From: Selaginella moellendorffii
Lineage: Eukaryota > Plantae > Lycopodiophyta
DNA: 64,000 nt
NCBI RefSeq assembly: GCF_000143415.4
Contig: NW_003314265.1
Span: 1,964,777-2,028,776, forward strand
Direction of reading: 5' to 3'
Shown here piece by piece: positions 46,312 through 59,284 of the stretch (the first letter of the stretch is position 1; each line of letters begins with the position of its first letter). The notes under the pieces are model-generated. The model did not search any database. It saw nothing but the letters and a program-made list of their open reading frames with translations, and was not told the origin of the DNA. The translations under genes were made by a program, and so were the position numbers.

Positions 46312-49300
46312 TTACCCGAAAATCTCTTGAACTTCTATCAGGCTGTGCTGCCTGCAAGGTGACGAGAGTGTCAAATACAGACTGAGATAAACAGCTAGCT
46401 TAGCTTACCTTTCATCCTTGGACACTCGGTAGTACTTCTCCGTTAGCTGCCGCTGCCCGATAAGTTGCGCAAATCTCTCGTCGTGGGTGATCACGATAAG
46501 CTGGAAGTTTTCCTGTCCTCGCCGCTCTTCCATAATCCTAGTGTGTCTGCTGGTTAGAGACTAGAGGCCAGGTTCGAAGCCCACCTTAAGAGCGCAGCTG
46601 CAAAGCTCTCAGCGTTTTGAGCGTCCAAGTTTGTCGTAGGCTCGTCCAGCGTCAGAATCCCGCAGTTGAGGCAAAACGTCTCAGCCAAAGCCAAGCGAAT
46701 GATCAGGGCAGCCAGGACCTGTAAAACAGACACTACATTCAGCAAGCCGTGGAGATCATTCGATACCTTCTGCCCAGCACTGCAGCGGCCACGCATTTCG
46801 AGCTCTGCGCCTCCCGCCCTCATTACCACCTGTATCAAAAGACGCATCATCTGCACAAGAACAGCTAACAGTGCACCATACCCGATAGCTATAAGAACGA
46901 GTGCCAGTTCCTTCGGCGTCGGCTCTTATTTCGATAAAGTCGATATCTTGTCCCCTGTATGTCTGCTGCCAGAGCTCTTTGATTATTTTGTTGATTTCTT
47001 CCATCTTCATGGTATGGAATCGCATCAGGGCTCTGCAATAAAGCTCGAATCATCCAATGACATTAGCATCGAAAACAACGTACCGATCCAGTGCGTTATA
47101 GTATTTATCCAGATCCTTATTCGCCATTTCCATCGTCTGCAGCATAAAGAGGACAGTGAGGACCACAAGAAAAACAGAAAAAGAACTTCCACCTTAAGCT
47201 GTATAAGCTGGGCTCGATAACGCTTGTCGATATTTTTGTACTGCGGCTGCTTTAAGTCTGTTTTGTTCCTTGCTATGTTGCTTTCGTGCACCGCAATAGT
47301 TCCTTTGTGATGGCTCTCCTGCAAGTCAATTCAATAACATATACTCACAATCGTGGGTGAAACTCTTTACCTCGCCCATTAGATGCTGTTTTTCTTTCAA
47401 AGCTTTCTTCAGTTCTCCCTCGAAGTCCAATGTGTTTCCAATTGCCAGCATTCTTTCTTCCAGCGCTTTAATTTCCTGGATGCACTTCTGCTCCTCTGCG
47501 CAAAGCTTACGATATTTTATGTTGTCGGCAATGTTTCTTTCGATGACTTTCTGCTGCGCGAGCACGTTATTCACTCTCTGAACTTCCGCAAGGCAAAAGC
47601 TTTTTTTGGACTCTTCTTCGTCCTTCTGCGCCTGCAGCTCAGACAACCTTCTCTTCGCGGTCTGGACGTTGTGTGTTTTATGACGCTCCACATAACTGCA
47701 CAGCATACAAAAAGAAATAGAATTACGCTAATGACGAAGAACAAGCATACTCTTTAATCTTTCCCCAGATATTCGTTAAGGAATGAACCTCTTTGTCGAA
47801 GTCGTTTACGCCCTGAGTGCTAACATCCTGCTCTTGTCTAAACTTTCTCTTAAGTTGATCGAACTCTTTTAGGTGCCTTTCTTTTTCTTCTGCTAGAGGC
47901 TCCAGCTGCTCCATTTCAAACTGACCACAAAAAGCAGAATGTTGACGTAAATTTTTTACCAGCAAACAAAATCAAACCTGAATTTCAGTGTCGATTTGAT
48001 TCATCTGTTTAACCAAGCTAGCTTCCTCCTCCTTCAAAGCTTTGTTCCGTTCTAGCTTTTTCTCTAAATCTGCTTTCTTCATCTCCTCAGCATGTTTCCT
48101 CTGCTTGCAGTTTGCAAGATCGTCTTTCATGTAGTCATGTTCTTCCTTAAGCCTATCGAGCTTTCGATTTAATTCTTCCCTGCGCCAAAATAAACGAGAG
48201 AAAGTCAATGAAAACACGGTCCTGCTCTTGCTTACAGTTGTTTCTCGTGCTTTTCAAGTTCTTCTCCTACGTCATCTGGGGACCGCAGAGATGACTCAGG
48301 GTTAAGCTGATTTTCAAGCGTTCTGACCTCCCTTTCGAGGTTTTGAACGCTCGTATAAGCTTCCTCGATCGACTGCGCAGTAATTCGAAGCTCTGTTACC
48401 AAGCCAAGCTCGGCTTTGGACTGTGCTAGGAGACAAGATACCTGAAATAGCAGAAACAAGCAAGTTAGCTAGCTTCCAAACATTGAAGCGGAAAGAATTT
48501 ACGTCATTTTGCGTTTCTGTACTTCTCTCAAGCTCCATTGTCATGTCCGAGATAGATTTCTCCGTAGCTGAAATTCCTTGACTCTCTAGCTTTTGGTATT
48601 CCTCAAACAACGGCCGAAGTTTATCCAGCTGCTGAAATTTATTATCCGCAATGCTGGTCAAGGACGCCAATTCATGCAGGCGTTGTGCAGTAGATGAGCG
48701 CTTTACTCGTTGCTGGAAGAAGAAAAAAATGAGTGCAGCTTTGGACCGGAAGACAAACCAACCTTGTCAACAAACTCGTCTTCCTCCTCAGGAGTGGCAA
48801 AAGGTCGTTCACAGCACGGGCATGCATGAGTTGCCCTTGCAATTCGCTCGAACGGGTCAAACATCCGCCGCATTCCGTCGGCCATGTCATGTTGGCTGCA
48901 TTCATTCAAGGCCAACCGTGAGAAAGCTTCTTGTAGACCTTAAACAGACCTTTTGCTCGAATCTCTTGCGTCAGAGAGTTCGCGTAACTTTGATGGATAA
49001 CTGCTGGGATTCAAATCCTGTTGAAAAAGACTGTAAAGCCTGCTAATCAAGAGCTTCCGTTTAGCTGCAACATCAAGTTTGAACTCGGTGCGTCTTTAAC
49101 AATGATTTTATTAAACAGAAGGTCACCTTCTTTCTCTTCTTGCTGCTTCGCAAGTGTAGACTTTGCATCGTCAAGCATTGCGCGTGCCTGTGCAACTCTC
49201 ATATCGGCATCTCGGGATCTATCAAGAAGCTCGTCGTATGCCTTAGAGATGTTGCTGCAAATATAAATCCGGTTTTAGACATTCAAAGGGTTTGCGCGTT

Positions 49301-51637
49301 ACCCGAATGTAAGCTCCACATCTGACTTCACAGTCNNNNNNNNNNNNNNNNNNNNNNNNNNNNNNNNNNNNNNNNNNNNNNNNNNNNNNNNNNNNNNNNN
49401 NNNNNNNNNNNNNNNNNNNNNNNNNNNNNNNNNNNNNNNNNNNNNNNNNNNNNNNNNNNNNNNNNNNNNNNNNNNNNNNNNNNNNNNNNNNNNNNNNNNN
49501 NNNNNNNNNNNNNNNNNNNNNNNNNNNNNNNNNNNNNNNNNNNNNNNNCCAAACGCAAGCTCCGAATCTTTTGCTCTATGCCCAGCTTATTTTTTCGTTC
49601 TTCGCTGATGAGCTCATCAAAGTTCATGTCGTCCATTTTCCTCTGCATTCTTTTAACTTCCGTATCCTGTTACCAACAGAGCTAGGCAGTTGATCATTTG
49701 TGCTTTAAGCCTCACCATTGATGCAGCTCTCTCTGCGCTTCTTCTTAACTCGCCCTCGAGAGTTGACGTGTCCCGGAAGTGTGGTTCTTAGCTCGTCAAT
49801 ACGCTTTTCTATAGACCTCTGCAAGTCCTTGTCAAACATCACAAAAGGCTAAAAAGGCATATGTATACCTTCTGACCAATTTTTCCATCCTTTCTTCCAC
49901 TAGCATCGCTGTATTTCTGGTTGACGTCATCCAGTTTTTTTGAAAATGTAGCTAGTTCCTTCTCGTGAAATCTCTGCAAAATTGTGATATCAGACTTCCG
50001 CCATAAACAGCGTTAAGTGGCACCGTAAGTTTAGCATGATCCTGCTTCAAATCTTCCAGGCGATTTGTAATCCTAGCAATGGATCTTTCTGTCGCCTGTT
50101 CATCAAGTGGAAGCACCAGATTGCCAAGTTTGTAACGGTCAAAAAGCTGTTGTATAAGGGCATCGCACTGCTTTTTATCTTGAAGATGGGCCTGAATTTA
50201 ACGATGTTAGTATGGCATGCAAAACTCATTAGGCATACATTTTCTTCTCCCTCGAACTTTCCAACTTGTGTAGACGCTTGAGCAATCAACTCAGACAAGG
50301 TGTCATATTGCGTGTTAGCAGCATCCAAGCTCCTTTGAAGATCGCAAATCTCTTTGTTGGACTGCGCAATCCTTTCATGAAACTTTTCTTGCCATTCAGC
50401 CAGATCTTCATCGCTGTCTGCAGAGTGAAGCGCGTTAGATTTGATTCGACCCGTTTAAAGCCATGGATGTATACCTTCGTTTTCCTCCTCCAGCGCATTG
50501 TACTGCTCGGTCTTGGCCTTTAGCACAGAAGTTCTGACGCCATCTTTGAAATTTATTTCTTTCTGCAGCTGCCTTATTTCCTCCAGAACACCCTCTAAAG
50601 AGTTTATCTTAGCCTGCGCAGCCTGGATCTTTGGAGTCAGAATGGCTATCAAGTCTTGCAGTTGCTTTGTCTTCTGCTGATCGCCGTCGATAGTTTCTTG
50701 CAGCTGTAACAAAGGCATTTAAGAAAAGGTAGTGCCAAATAAGCACGAAAGAACCTTGTACGCTGCATCCTTGAGCGTTTGCACGTTTTCAAGCTTCAGT
50801 TTCTGCATCTTGATTTCTTGTGTTTGGTCCTTGTGGAGCTTCTTGATGACATCCAGGGCCTTCGTGTATCTGCAAGTCAAAAGTAAGAAGATATATTCCC
50901 ATGCATTGTCCTGCATTACCTGGTCGCCGAAAAAATGTCATCGAACTTTTTCTTCAGAACAGAAGCTTCCGACAATGGCCAGTTCGCCTCGTCCTGATGC
51001 ACAAAAATTACGTTCTCCAAAATGGCCTTCGATACGCCCATGAGAGCTGGAACCTCTCTGTCCATGTCCGCACAGCGATAACTAAGGCACACTTTCTGCC
51101 AAAGAGCAAAGAGAACCAACATGAAAATACAATCACACAGTACTACCTCTCCGGTGTGAGTGTTGATAGTCTGAAGAACACTCTCGATGGCCTTGTATTC
51201 CATCTTTGACGCCTTTTGCGTGAGCTGAAAGGATCGAATGCACACAACGTCTTTCCCAGACGCTGTCCTGAATCGAAGCTTGATCTGCCCCTTTGTCTCG
51301 GTCTGGCCATCAACCTAGAGAAGAAAAATCGATATGAAAAAGAAGCGAGGACATGGAAACATACCTTGGGGTCATGGATGAAGCTCTGGCCGGACCTCGC
51401 ATTTGGAGGCAGCTCTCCAGTGCACGCGTTCTTGAGGCACTCGATGATCGTCTGTCCCAAAGGAGACGAAGATCATCCCATCGAGAATAGAAATCACTTC
51501 GATCTGTCACTTACAGTCTTTCCAGCGCCATTGGCGCCGACGACGAGCGTGAGCGGCCGATAGAAGGTGATGACATGCGTATTATCCGGGCCGAAGCTCC
51601 GGATTCCCTTGATCAGCATCTTGTCGAGCGTGCTCAT
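46312..51637 (-). CDS. RAD50: DNA repair protein RAD50, many exons (assembly gap 49336-49548)
   Basis: [15 protein letters not shown], Walker [26 protein letters not shown], zinc hook CPCC, signature [10 protein letters not shown], Walker [21 protein letters not shown]. Confidence 0.96.
49336..49548. other. Assembly gap (N run)
   Basis: Run of N inside RAD50. Confidence 0.99.
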
Positions 51638-51719
51638 GGCGCTTCACCCTCTCTCGGAAGAACCCTAAATAAACCCCAAATGAGAGAGTGGCGCGAAAAT
51701 AGATATCGCCAATGCCTAG

Positions 51720-53516
51720 ATGCTAGTGACGCTCCTCGCGGCGAAGAATCGCTGGGGCAGGAGCTTCTCCACTTGCGGCAGCGATGATCGTCTCAAGGAG
51801 ACATTCGCCAGGCTACTCCGGGAATGCGCGAGCTCTAGGGATCTCTGGGCGGGGAGGAGGATCCACGCCCAGATCGATTCCAGCGGGCTCAAGAGCGACA
51901 TCTACCTCGCGAATTTGCTCGTCCAGATGTATGGCAAATGCGGGAGCCTCGGCGACGCGCGCAGGATCTTCGACGCCATCGCTCGCCCCAACGATTTTTC
52001 CTTCAACATCATCATCACTGCCTATGCCCAGAACGGGGCCATCGATCAGGCCGAGACGTTCTTCCACCGCTTTCCCAGATTGAACGCGGCATCCTGGAAT
52101 GCCATGGTCACCGCGCATGCCCAGGCTGGGAATCTGGCGAAGGCAAAGGACTTCTTCGATCGAATGCCAGGGCGAGACATCATCTCCTGGAACGCATTGA
52201 TGCAAGCTTCCGGAGAGGCAGCGACGATCTTTGATCGGATGCCCGGCCACAATCTTGTCTCCTGGAACACCATTCTCTCCGCAAATGCCCAAGACTGGCA
52301 CTTGGAATCAGCCAAGGAGATCTTCGCGGCCATGCCGATGAAGAACGAAATCTCCTGGACGTCGATGATCCAGGCCTATGGCCAGCGCGGCCACTCCGAG
52401 GCGCAGAACCTCTTCATGATCATGCCCACCTGGAATATCGTCGCGTGTACCGCGATGATCACCGCGTTCTCCCAGCGGGGAAATCTCCAGGAATGCGAGC
52501 GAATCTACAAATCCATGCCGGAGCACGACGCGATCGCTAGCAACGCGATGATCGCCGCGTGCTCCACCAGCGGCGATCTCGATCAAGCAGAGAGAATCTT
52601 TCACAATATGGCGGAGAGGAACACAGCGTCGTGGAATGCCATGGTAGCAGCATATGCCCAAAACGGGCATTTGGAGTATACGAAGCGTGACTTTGATACC
52701 GCCCAGTGCCGGGACGTGATTACCTGGAACACTATGATCGCGTCGTACGCCATTTATGGCCACATGGCGATGGCCAAGGCTCTGTACAACACCTCGCCGG
52801 CGTGGAACATCGTCTCGTTGAATGCCATGCTCTCGGCATTTGCCTTAGAAGGGCTCTTGGATGAAGCGGGAGATCTCTTCGCCGCGATGCGCGAGCGCGA
52901 CGTCGTGTCGTGGAACGCGCTGCTCTTCGGCTATGGCCAGAATGGCAATATGGAGGACGCGCGCAAGGTGTTCTTGCGATCGCCCAGGCACGATCTCGTG
53001 TCCTGGAATGGCTGGCTCGCGGCGGCGGCGATCAATGGCCATGTCGGCCAGGCGCTGGCGGCGTTCCACGCTATGCCCGAGAGGAACGCCGTGTCCTGGA
53101 ACTCGATGATCGCGAGCTGCGCGAATCTCGGTCGCGGGGCCGAGGCGCTCGAGATCTTCTTTCAGCAGCTCCTCGATGGGATCTCCCCCGACGAGATCAC
53201 CTTCACGAGCGTGCTCCACGCGTGTGGGCACCTCGGCCTGCTCGATCGCGCGCATGATTTCTTCTCCAGTATCGGACACGACCACTGCCTGGTGCCGATC
53301 CGCGAGCACTACTGCTGCCTGGTGGATTTACTGGGGCGATTGGGGCGGCTGCGCGACGCCGAGGATCTCGTCCAGGGCATGCCATTCCCGGCGAGTCACA
53401 ACGATTGGACGAGCCTGCTCAACGCCTACATCGTTCACGATGAGATGGATCAGGGGCGCCAGGCATTGGGCAATGTGGTGCGCCATCGCCTCTCTCTTGA
53501 CGAGCTCCTCGGATGA
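51720..53516 (+). CDS. PLS-class PPR protein rich in short (about 31-aa) S-type motifs, with a partial E domain and no DYW
   Basis: Intronless 598-aa ORF: LVQMYGKCGSL.DAR, repeated (V)SWNAMI.AY.Q.G...A...F..MP, HYCCLVDLLGR.GRL..A, WTSLL.A. Confidence 0.92.
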   Translation: MLVTLLAAKNRWGRSFSTCGSDDRLKETFARLLRECASSRDLWAGRRIHAQIDSSGLKSDIYLANLLVQMYGKCGSLGDARRIFDAIARPNDFSFNIIITAYAQNGAIDQAETFFHRFPRLNAASWNAMVTAHAQAGNLAKAKDFFDRMPGRDIISWNALMQASGEAATIFDRMPGHNLVSWNTILSANAQDWHLESAKEIFAAMPMKNEISWTSMIQAYGQRGHSEAQNLFMIMPTWNIVACTAMITAFSQRGNLQECERIYKSMPEHDAIASNAMIAACSTSGDLDQAERIFHNMAERNTASWNAMVAAYAQNGHLEYTKRDFDTAQCRDVITWNTMIASYAIYGHMAMAKALYNTSPAWNIVSLNAMLSAFALEGLLDEAGDLFAAMRERDVVSWNALLFGYGQNGNMEDARKVFLRSPRHDLVSWNGWLAAAAINGHVGQALAAFHAMPERNAVSWNSMIASCANLGRGAEALEIFFQQLLDGISPDEITFTSVLHACGHLGLLDRAHDFFSSIGHDHCLVPIREHYCCLVDLLGRLGRLRDAEDLVQGMPFPASHNDWTSLLNAYIVHDEMDQGRQALGNVVRHRLSLDELLG

Positions 53517-53862
53517 TCCTAGCGCTTCATACAGTACGGGCCGTTGTTATTTGTGGACCATGTGGCCCAAGAGGCAGTGTACGGCGCCATTCCACGCGCT
53601 CATCTCTTTCAGTCACTTCTTGTGCGCCTGGCCGTGTAAAAAAGATGCGCAGCTAGGGTTATGGAGCAGCGATGGCGGCCAGCGGCTCTACAGTAATGGA
53701 TTCTTCTCTCGCAGCGCGCGGAGGCGAGCTGGAGCTGCGGCGCGGCAGATCCTCCTCGTCCTGCCGCCGACAGCGCCGCGCCCGAAGAGGTACGTTCTCC
53801 TGGATTACAATGCAAGATCGTGAAAGGCGAGTCGAATTTCCCTGCGCTGCTTGGTGATCAGG

Positions 53863-56800
53863 ATGACCGTTGCCGCAAGCATCATGGAGCCGCAGCCTCT
53901 AGACCCGCCGGACATCTCACTGGAGAATCTCTTGAGGCCCATGCTGCCGCCGGGAGCGCCTATTCCAGACTACGATCAGCTCGATTATTCATTCGCAATA
54001 GAGTACTCGGGACCTGTAGGTGATCATCCGGTTCCCAGGGCTGATCCACTGGTTGGATCTCGGGATAGTTCCAGCCAGGTGGATTCGTCGTCGGTTTCCA
54101 AGACGCCAAGGCCCAAGCCGTCTGCGCTACACATAGATACCAGGAAACGAGCTCATTTGGCAGCAGAGAAGCTGATAAGCGAGTCGGGGTCAGCAAGATC
54201 ACCTATCACAGGACTGGTAGAGAAGGACAGCTCGTCTACCACAGGAAGAAGTCCTTTGTCCAACAGTGGGACAAGAGGAAAGGCTGCCTCTAAAGAGAAG
54301 GAGGCCGGCTCGAGTTCCCCGGATTCAAGGCTAGCGTACTCCGGATTGAACTCCCTGTCGCGGAAATCCTCCTCCTCGGAGATTGAAGAGCTGAACGTCC
54401 AGTTTTCCGCGGCAGTGTCAGCTGCGGCCTCTGCACTGCCTTCTCCGTCGGCTTTAAGATCCGTGTCGCTCAGTGAGAACCACAACTTGGAAAACTCGGA
54501 CTTCCATTCCACTCCGCGGTCCATTTCGATGCCAGAGAGGGATAGAGCTGACGGATCTTCGAGGCCTGGCTCGCCATCTGGTGTTACTGCGGTGGAGCCA
54601 GTGGTGGTGGTGACGAAAAAGCGTGAATGCCATCGGTGTCTTAAAAAACACATGTTACAGGAGAAAGAGACGTGCCTCGTCTGCACTGCGAGGTACTGTC
54701 GGAACTGCGTCCTTATTGCAATGGGCTCCATGCCGGAGGGGCGGAAGTGCTTACGGTGCATTGGCCTGCCTATTCATGAATCACGACGACCGTATCTTGG
54801 GAAGCCGTCCAGGCTGCTCAAAAGCATTCTGAGTCCCTTGGAGATCCAGCAGATCATGCGCACAGAGAAGGATTGTTTGGCCAATCAACTACGTCCCGAG
54901 CAGCTTATTGTGAACGGCAGGGCCCTCGCTGCGCCGGAGATGTCCGAGCTATTGAGCTGCAGCAATCCTCCTCCAAAACTTAAGCCCGGCAAATACTGGT
55001 ACGACAAAACCTCTGGACTGTGGGGAAAGGTAAGTTTGCTTTATTACGAACGAAGCTTTCAGAGTACTGAGAAGTTTTTATTCTATGCTGCAACAGGAAG
55101 GTGAAAAGCCAAGCAAGATCGTCACTGCAGAGTTGAAAGTTGGTGGCAACCTTAAGCCGGATGCAAGCCTTGGTACAACGGAGGTCTATATAAATTGTCG
55201 TCAGATCACCAAGTCTGAATTAAAAATGTTGAAGGTAGTTTCTTGTTCTTGCATAGCGCTACAGTAATTTCTACGTTGTTGTTATGATCAGTTGGCAGGA
55301 GTGCAGTGTCCTCCGAGTACTTACCTTTTTCTATCACCCGATGGATCGTATATGGAAGAAGGACAGAACAACTATAAAGGAAACATATGGGAGAAGGTAA
55401 CTCTAAGCGTGCGTATCAATGTGCTCTGAGCGTTATGTTTGTACAGGCTTCCATAAGAGTGATGTATTCTCTGTTCTCATTGCCGACGCCTCGTGGAAGT
55501 GTACGTGCCAACAAACCAAGTGCTCGTGAGCTTTCGGCTAGGTACCCTCCTGCCATTTTGGAGCATAAGAATGTGAGCAAGCTGCTTTTACTGGGTCACG
55601 AGGGCTCTGGCAGGAGTACAATCTTCAAGCAGGTAAAGACCTTTCACGTGAATGAACTCAATACTAAAATTTGTGGTATTTCTCAGGCCAAGTTTCTCTA
55701 CAGAGGTGGTTTCGAGCAGAAGGAACTTGAGAGATACAAGGAAATGATTCAAACGTACATCTACAAGTATCTTGTTATATTGTTAGAAGGTCGCGAGCGT
55801 TTTGAAGATGAAGAAGGTGATGCTTTGTTGAAGATCAAATGTGATCCTCCTGCGACAGGTATGGTGACACTGCAAGTAAGGCCTTATCAATGTATCTTTC
55901 TCAGGCGAAACCTCAAAGAATATGTATTCGATGGATACGCGGTTGAAGAATCTAGCGGACTGGTTCCTTGACATTACAGCTGATGGATCTTTGGAAAGGT
56001 ACTTTCCTGCTGCTACACGAGAGTACGCAGCATCTGTGGAAGAGCTTTGGCGCGATCCTGCTATTCAAGCTACATTCAAGAGGAAGGAGGAACTTCATAA
56101 GCTACCTGATGTTGCCGGAGAATTCCTAGAAAGGGTGAGCATGTGCAGTTTAAATGGTGAAGGACTTAAATTCTTTGTTTTCAGGTCGTGGAGCTCTCAA
56201 GCAATGAGTACGAGCCTGTGGATCACGATATCTTATATGCAGAAGGCTTGACCCAAGGTTCCGGACTTGCAGAGATAGAATTTGGTTTACCCGATCGGGA
56301 GCAGACTTCAGGTGCAATGCATGACACAGTGGATTACTCTCCTACGGGAAGGTTAGCCAATTAACTTCTTTTGCTTTCTCGCGCGTCTTGACTTGAAACA
56401 TCACGCAGGTACCAGCTTATACGAGTGGGTGGTATCGGTCTTAAAGAAGGAAAGAAATGGCTGGGAATGTTCGAGGACGTTCGAGCGGTTGTCTTTACTG
56501 TGGCACTCAGCGAATTCGATCAATTATGGATAGACAGCGATGGCGTTGCCCGAAACAAACTTCTTATAAGCAAGGAGCTTTTTCAGGACATTGTGGCACG
56601 CCCCTGCTTCAAGGGAACCCCCTTCATTCTCTTTCTCAACAAGTACGACAAGTTTGAAGAGAAGATCATGAAAGGCGTTCCACTCACGACGTGTGACTGG
56701 TTTTCCGACTTCAGCCCCGTTGGTGTTCCTCACTCTACCCAAGCTCAACAGGCCTACACATACGTTGTCCACAAGTTCAAGAAGCTCGTCGGTGACCGCA

Positions 56801-57003
56801 AGCTCTACACCTTCCAGCTGAACGCTCTCGAGCGGAACTTGGTGGCCTCGGCATTCCAGTACGTGAAACACATACTCAAGCACGAAGAGAGCAAGGCGGC
56901 CGGCTGGATGGCACTCCCAGAGGACTCTTCCTATTGCACAGACTTGAGCTCATACTCGCTGCATTCCGCGAGGCAAGAGAATGGCAACTCCTGGGACAGG
57001 TGA
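53863..57003 (+). CDS. XLG: Extra-large G protein (XLG), multi-exon; start codon uncertain (53863 or 53884)
   Basis: DYSFAIEYSGP; Cys-rich CHRC...CLVC.ARYC..C...AMGSMPEGRKC; PPPKLKPGKYWYDK.SGLWGKEGEKP; Galpha domain KLLLLG..GSGRSTIFKQAK, KWLGMFEDV, LNKYD. Confidence 0.92.
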
Positions 57004-59284
57004 GCCTTTGGATGTTGCGGTTTGAGCTATCATTTTATTCTAATCCGGCTGCCACTACAGAAGTGCAAGATATGGTACATATGTTTCATAATTTGCAGAG
57101 TTTTAGAAACGCGCAGTGACAAGTACGCGAATTTTTGCTGTGCTCTTCCCCTCTTTTTTTCTTCTGGCTCATTAGTTCCCGATCCATCTCGGCTGCTAAA
57201 GTCAGACATTTTGGATATGAATTCATTTGTTTCTTGAGGCCATAATGGAAACTTGTGAGGCGGACAGACTTCGACACCAAAGGATAGCATGTGGTGGGTC
57301 GCGAAATGGTACGGTGTTTCTTTTGTTGGAATTGATTCATTCAAGTCTCATTGTTCTTTCTTCCTTTTGTGTTTCTTTTTTCTCAGAGAGCGACCAGAAA
57401 GTCTGGCAGTGGTGCTGTGTGGTGTGTGGTGCTTTTGCTTTGCACAAACAACACCCAAAGTGCCAAAGTGGAGATTTAGACATGTCTAAGCGCGAGAAAA
57501 AAATGATGAACAGTGGTGCGTGCGTGCAAGCAGACTCATTCTACTGGCCAGAAGAACTCATCACATTCCATTAGCTGTGATCACGAAAGGTGAGGCCCGA
57601 CTTTTCAAACGATTCCAAAGCTTTTTCATCAATCTTATTCAATCCTTTGATGGTCCAGGTGATATTAAACACTTTGCTCGGTCGGGCCTGACTGGATATT
57701 CTCTTCTCCAGATCCGAATGTTAAAAGTACTGGCCAGTCACGGGAGGCTTGTGAGCGGCACAACACACTCGTTGCAGGCTGGAGACTACTGTACCGCGAG
57801 AAGATAAAAGGTAAGAGGAGCTTTAGGCTTTGTTAGGTAGACCACTGATCCAGCACGCCATTACAGGGAGAGGCTATAGGCATCGCAGAGTGACAAGAGG
57901 ATCTTTGTAGCCGAGCTCTTGTCACGACGCTTCTTTTGGATCTCCAGTGCAGGAACAAAGCTATAGAAAAATCAAATCGCGAGGTTAGAGCTTCCTGTAT
58001 CTTAAAATCCTACATTGCTAACAGTTCTATTCTCACTGTGACATAGGCAGGCCTGCCATCACGCGAAAAGGGAGCCGTGCTTAACAGAAACTCCGTAAGA
58101 AAGCCCATCGCTTTCACTGCAACAGAACCAAGCAAGGAACGCTCCTTTTCTCGTTTCCTCGGACGGTAAGCCTTTGCAAAATCGATTTTTACGTGATCAC
58201 GTACTACAATGTTTGGTGTTGCAGAGGTTCTCCCAGAGTTCTCAGTGGGGACCAAGTGTAAGTTAAGTTACGGCCGCTTTATAGTTATGAGCGATACAAG
58301 GAGACAAGCTCTTGCCACCCGGGACACACAGTGCCAAGGGAATTGTTTGCTTGCGACGAAGTACTCGACTTTATAAAAACTCGGCAGAGCGGCTCTCTGG
58401 ATCGCGGCGAGTGACGAGTGATGGATCAACCGCCCAGCCATTCTCTTGTATCCATCCATACAGCTTGGATCTTAGCTTGTCCGAGAGCCAAGAACACGTA
58501 AGGACTATACGCTTCCAAGATATGGAGGAGATAAAAAAACGATAACGCGGCGTGGAGGTTTTTAAAACCATGTAACTAGAATCGTGGGATTCGATCACAC
58601 AATATAATCGGTCGTGGTTGGACGAAATTCCGCCAAGTTTGGCGTAGCGCCGCCAAAGTGGGGTCCTGCTGAAATAGTTAGCAGTAGTAGTAGCATGACG
58701 CCGCGCCTCCCCATTCACATGCTCGTACTGGAATGGCTCTTTCCTAGGGTTCTAATCCACGCATCTATGACAAAGATATGGCGCCCAGACGCGACGGCGA
58801 TGGCGGCCTCGATCGCTCTCGTGGTTAGGCTGCCTACCATGCACTGCCCGTAACGGAGCGCGCGGTCGGAATCGCATTGTCCCCAGGTATCAGCTCGAAA
58901 TTTCGTCACAGGGGACGGAAATGCGAGCGATTTCTGGGAGATTTCAATGGATCATCGTCTCCCTCTCGCGGTCGATCGGATTCTTGGAGCTCCTAGGCTA
59001 GGTTTCTAGAGGCGCTGACCGCTCGGGTACTTTTCCAAGATACAGGTCCAAAGTGGAAGAAGTATGTTGGGCCTACAAGGGGATTGCGCTTGCGTTTCCG
59101 TCCGAGCACGGGGATCCGAGCAGATAGATAGTGGATTTTGGTGAGGGAAGCAGCGGGCAGGGGCATCAGGAAAAAGTCTTCCTTGGAGAGAAATCTCTCC
59201 TCCCTTTCTCTCTCTCTCTCCTTCTCCCCTTCTTCTTCTCCTCCCCCTTCTTCGTCTCTCTCGGGGGACGTTGCATCGGAGGAG

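Noticed and set aside
57004-59100. Short ORFs between XLG and the kinase
   Set aside because: No recognizable motifs; treated as UTR/intergenic.
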